64,000 bases of DNA from an uncultured delta proteobacterium (GTDB lineage: Bacteria > Myxococcota_A > UBA9160 > UBA4427), in contig CAWGJT010000012.1 of the NCBI GenBank assembly GCA_963822965.1, forward strand, positions 475,992-539,991. The letters are read 5' to 3'. Both the position numbers and the translations under genes were made by a program. The notes under the pieces were generated by a model, which had not been told where the DNA came from, did not search any database, and was given only the letters and a program-made list of their open reading frames with translations. Positions 62,502 to 64,000 of the stretch are shown here, one piece after another. Numbering within the stretch: position 1 is the first letter of the stretch; the number at the start of each line of letters is the position of its first letter.

Positions 62502-62580
62502 GGAAGACGTCCGAGTGGCCCGAGGTGCATGCGCTTGGGAGGGCGACGTACCGTGCGTTCGAATCCCACTCTCTCCGCCA
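62502..62580 (+). pseudogene. Degenerate tRNA-Ser-like sequence
   Basis: Ser-like D-arm GTCCGAGTGG..GAGG and 3' end GTTCGAATCCCACTCTCTCCGCCA, but acceptor and anticodon stems do not pair and the variable arm is partly missing. Confidence 0.7.
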
Positions 62581-62893
62581 TTCCGTCTGGGGTGCAGAGA
62601 CTTCCCGAGTCGAGCAGGCGACCGGCTGCGAAATCTCCGCGATTCCGCGGGACCTTGGGGGTCGGCTGCGGCTGACTCCAAACCGGAGACCAGTGCGTTG
62701 GTGCTTGAACGGGAGGCGCCACGGGGAATTGTCTCTTTCGGTAGACCGGGCGGCTCGGTCTGGGAGCTCGCCGTAGCCGCTCGTTCTCCTCTGCGGCGTG
62801 GACGCCTGGACGCGCCGTTGCGCGAACCAGGGGTGAGGCGGGAGCGCCTCGGTGCGCTCGCTCGGCAGGGCGTTTGCAGGCTCGCTGGCCGCG

Positions 62894-64000
62894 GTGTCGC
62901 GCCGGCCTGGGGAGATCGCCTACGAACGTCACGAGCCCGAGCAGACGCTCCTGCACCGCGTCGTTCGCGAGCAGCTCGAGACCTTCCTCGCCCGTGCGGC
63001 GGCACGGGGTCAGCCCCCGCCACGCTTCGTGGAGCAGGAGCTGCGGGCCTACCTGCGCTGCGGGATCCTCGCTCACGGGTTCCTGCGCCTTCGCTGCGAC
63101 GAGTGCCGGCACGAACGCCTGGTGGCCTTCTCCTGCAAGCGCCGCGGCTTCTGTCCTTCGTGCGGAGGACGGCGCATGGCCGACACCGCCGCGCACCTGG
63201 TGGATCGCGTCCTGCCCGAGGTCCCGATCCGCCAGTGGGTGCTGAGCCTCCCGTATGCCCTCCGCTTCCGCTGCGCCTACGACGCCCGGCTCACGAGCCA
63301 GGTGCTGCGCGCCTTCACGCGGGCGCTCTTCGCAGAGCTGCGCCGGCGGGCAATGCGAAAGTGGGGAGCAAAGGGCGGTCAGTGCGGTGCGGTCACGTTC
63401 ATCCAGCGCTTCGGCTCCGCGATGAACCTGAACCTCCACTTCCACACCCTGGTGCTCGACGGAGTCTACACGGGCAGCGTGTTCAAGCCTGGGGCGCCGC
63501 GCCTCTCTCCCCTTCCGGCTCCGAGCGCGGAGGAGGTCGGCCGGGTACTGGCCGGCACTGCGAGACGGATCCAGCGGCTGATCGAGAGACGTGCTGGGGA
63601 TGACGAGGACGCCCTGGCACGCGACGAGCCGCTGCTCACCCTGCTGGCCGCCGCCTCTCTGCAGACTCGCATCGCCACCGGCCCCGAGGCCGGCGCACCG
63701 TGGCGCCGCCTGGGCGATCGCGTCGAGCCGCACGCGGGCAGCAGCGATGATCCCGACGCGTCACCCCGCGTGCCCCGTACCGGCGGCATGAGCCTCCATG
63801 CCGACGTGTGCGTGCCCGCGCGGGATCGCGCCCGGCTCGAGCGCCTGTGCCGCTACGTGGCCCGCCCGCCCCTGGCGCAGGAGCGCCTGGAGGAGCGGCA
63901 CGACGGCACCCTAGCCCTGCGCCTCAAGACCCGCTGGCGCGACGGCACCACCCATATCCTGATGGAGCCGCGCGAGCTGATCGAGCGTCTCGTTCCCCTG
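62894..64000 (+). mobile_element. IS91/ISCR-family rolling-circle transposase, runs off the window end (absent from the ORF track)
   Basis: Translated by hand: YERHEPEQT.L, CG...GF...RCDEC, FSCKRRGFCPSC (Zn), QRFGSAMNLNLHFH (HUH), LERLCRYVARPP. Confidence 0.92.

Overview
High-GC bacterial window, mostly core and accessory metabolism. The gene repertoire (exosortase/PEP-CTERM proteins, FHA-GAF-adenylate cyclase, sigma54 promoters, tRNA-Arg(UCG)) would fit a Myxococcota/deltaproteobacterial-type genome, but that is an inference. 1-16.1 kb is a surface-glycan locus: Wzt with a C-terminal CBM, a large sulfotransferase-coiled-coil-GT-GT protein, an FG-GAP repeat protein, exosortase-EpsI, a methyltransferase, a compositionally atypical secreted glycosidase-like protein, SGNH, PhyH and GT4. 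16-48 kb holds sigma54-driven amtB-P-II, P450 and lipid-catabolism genes, argD, DAHP synthase, a PD40-M28-PDZ peptidase, a histone H1-like protein, a sulfatase, two tRNAs and an ECF sigma/anti-sigma pair. 48-58 kb holds PEP-CTERM/IPTL-CTERM surface proteins and a sigma54 amino-acid dehydrogenase plus 2-oxoacid:ferredoxin oxidoreductase operon. The right end has tRNA-Arg(UCG), a degenerate tRNA-Ser and an IS91/ISCR-type transposase cut by the window edge. Many genes carry +1 frameshifts at codon third positions that look like two alleles merged in the consensus, so they are probably artefacts. Best novel-system candidates: a sulfate-capped, coiled-coil-ruler glycan assembly/export system; a pilin-like protein with both a prepilin N-terminus and an exosortase-type C-terminal signal; and a 14-bp tandem repeat that sets the reading frame at the end of a PEP-CTERM gene.
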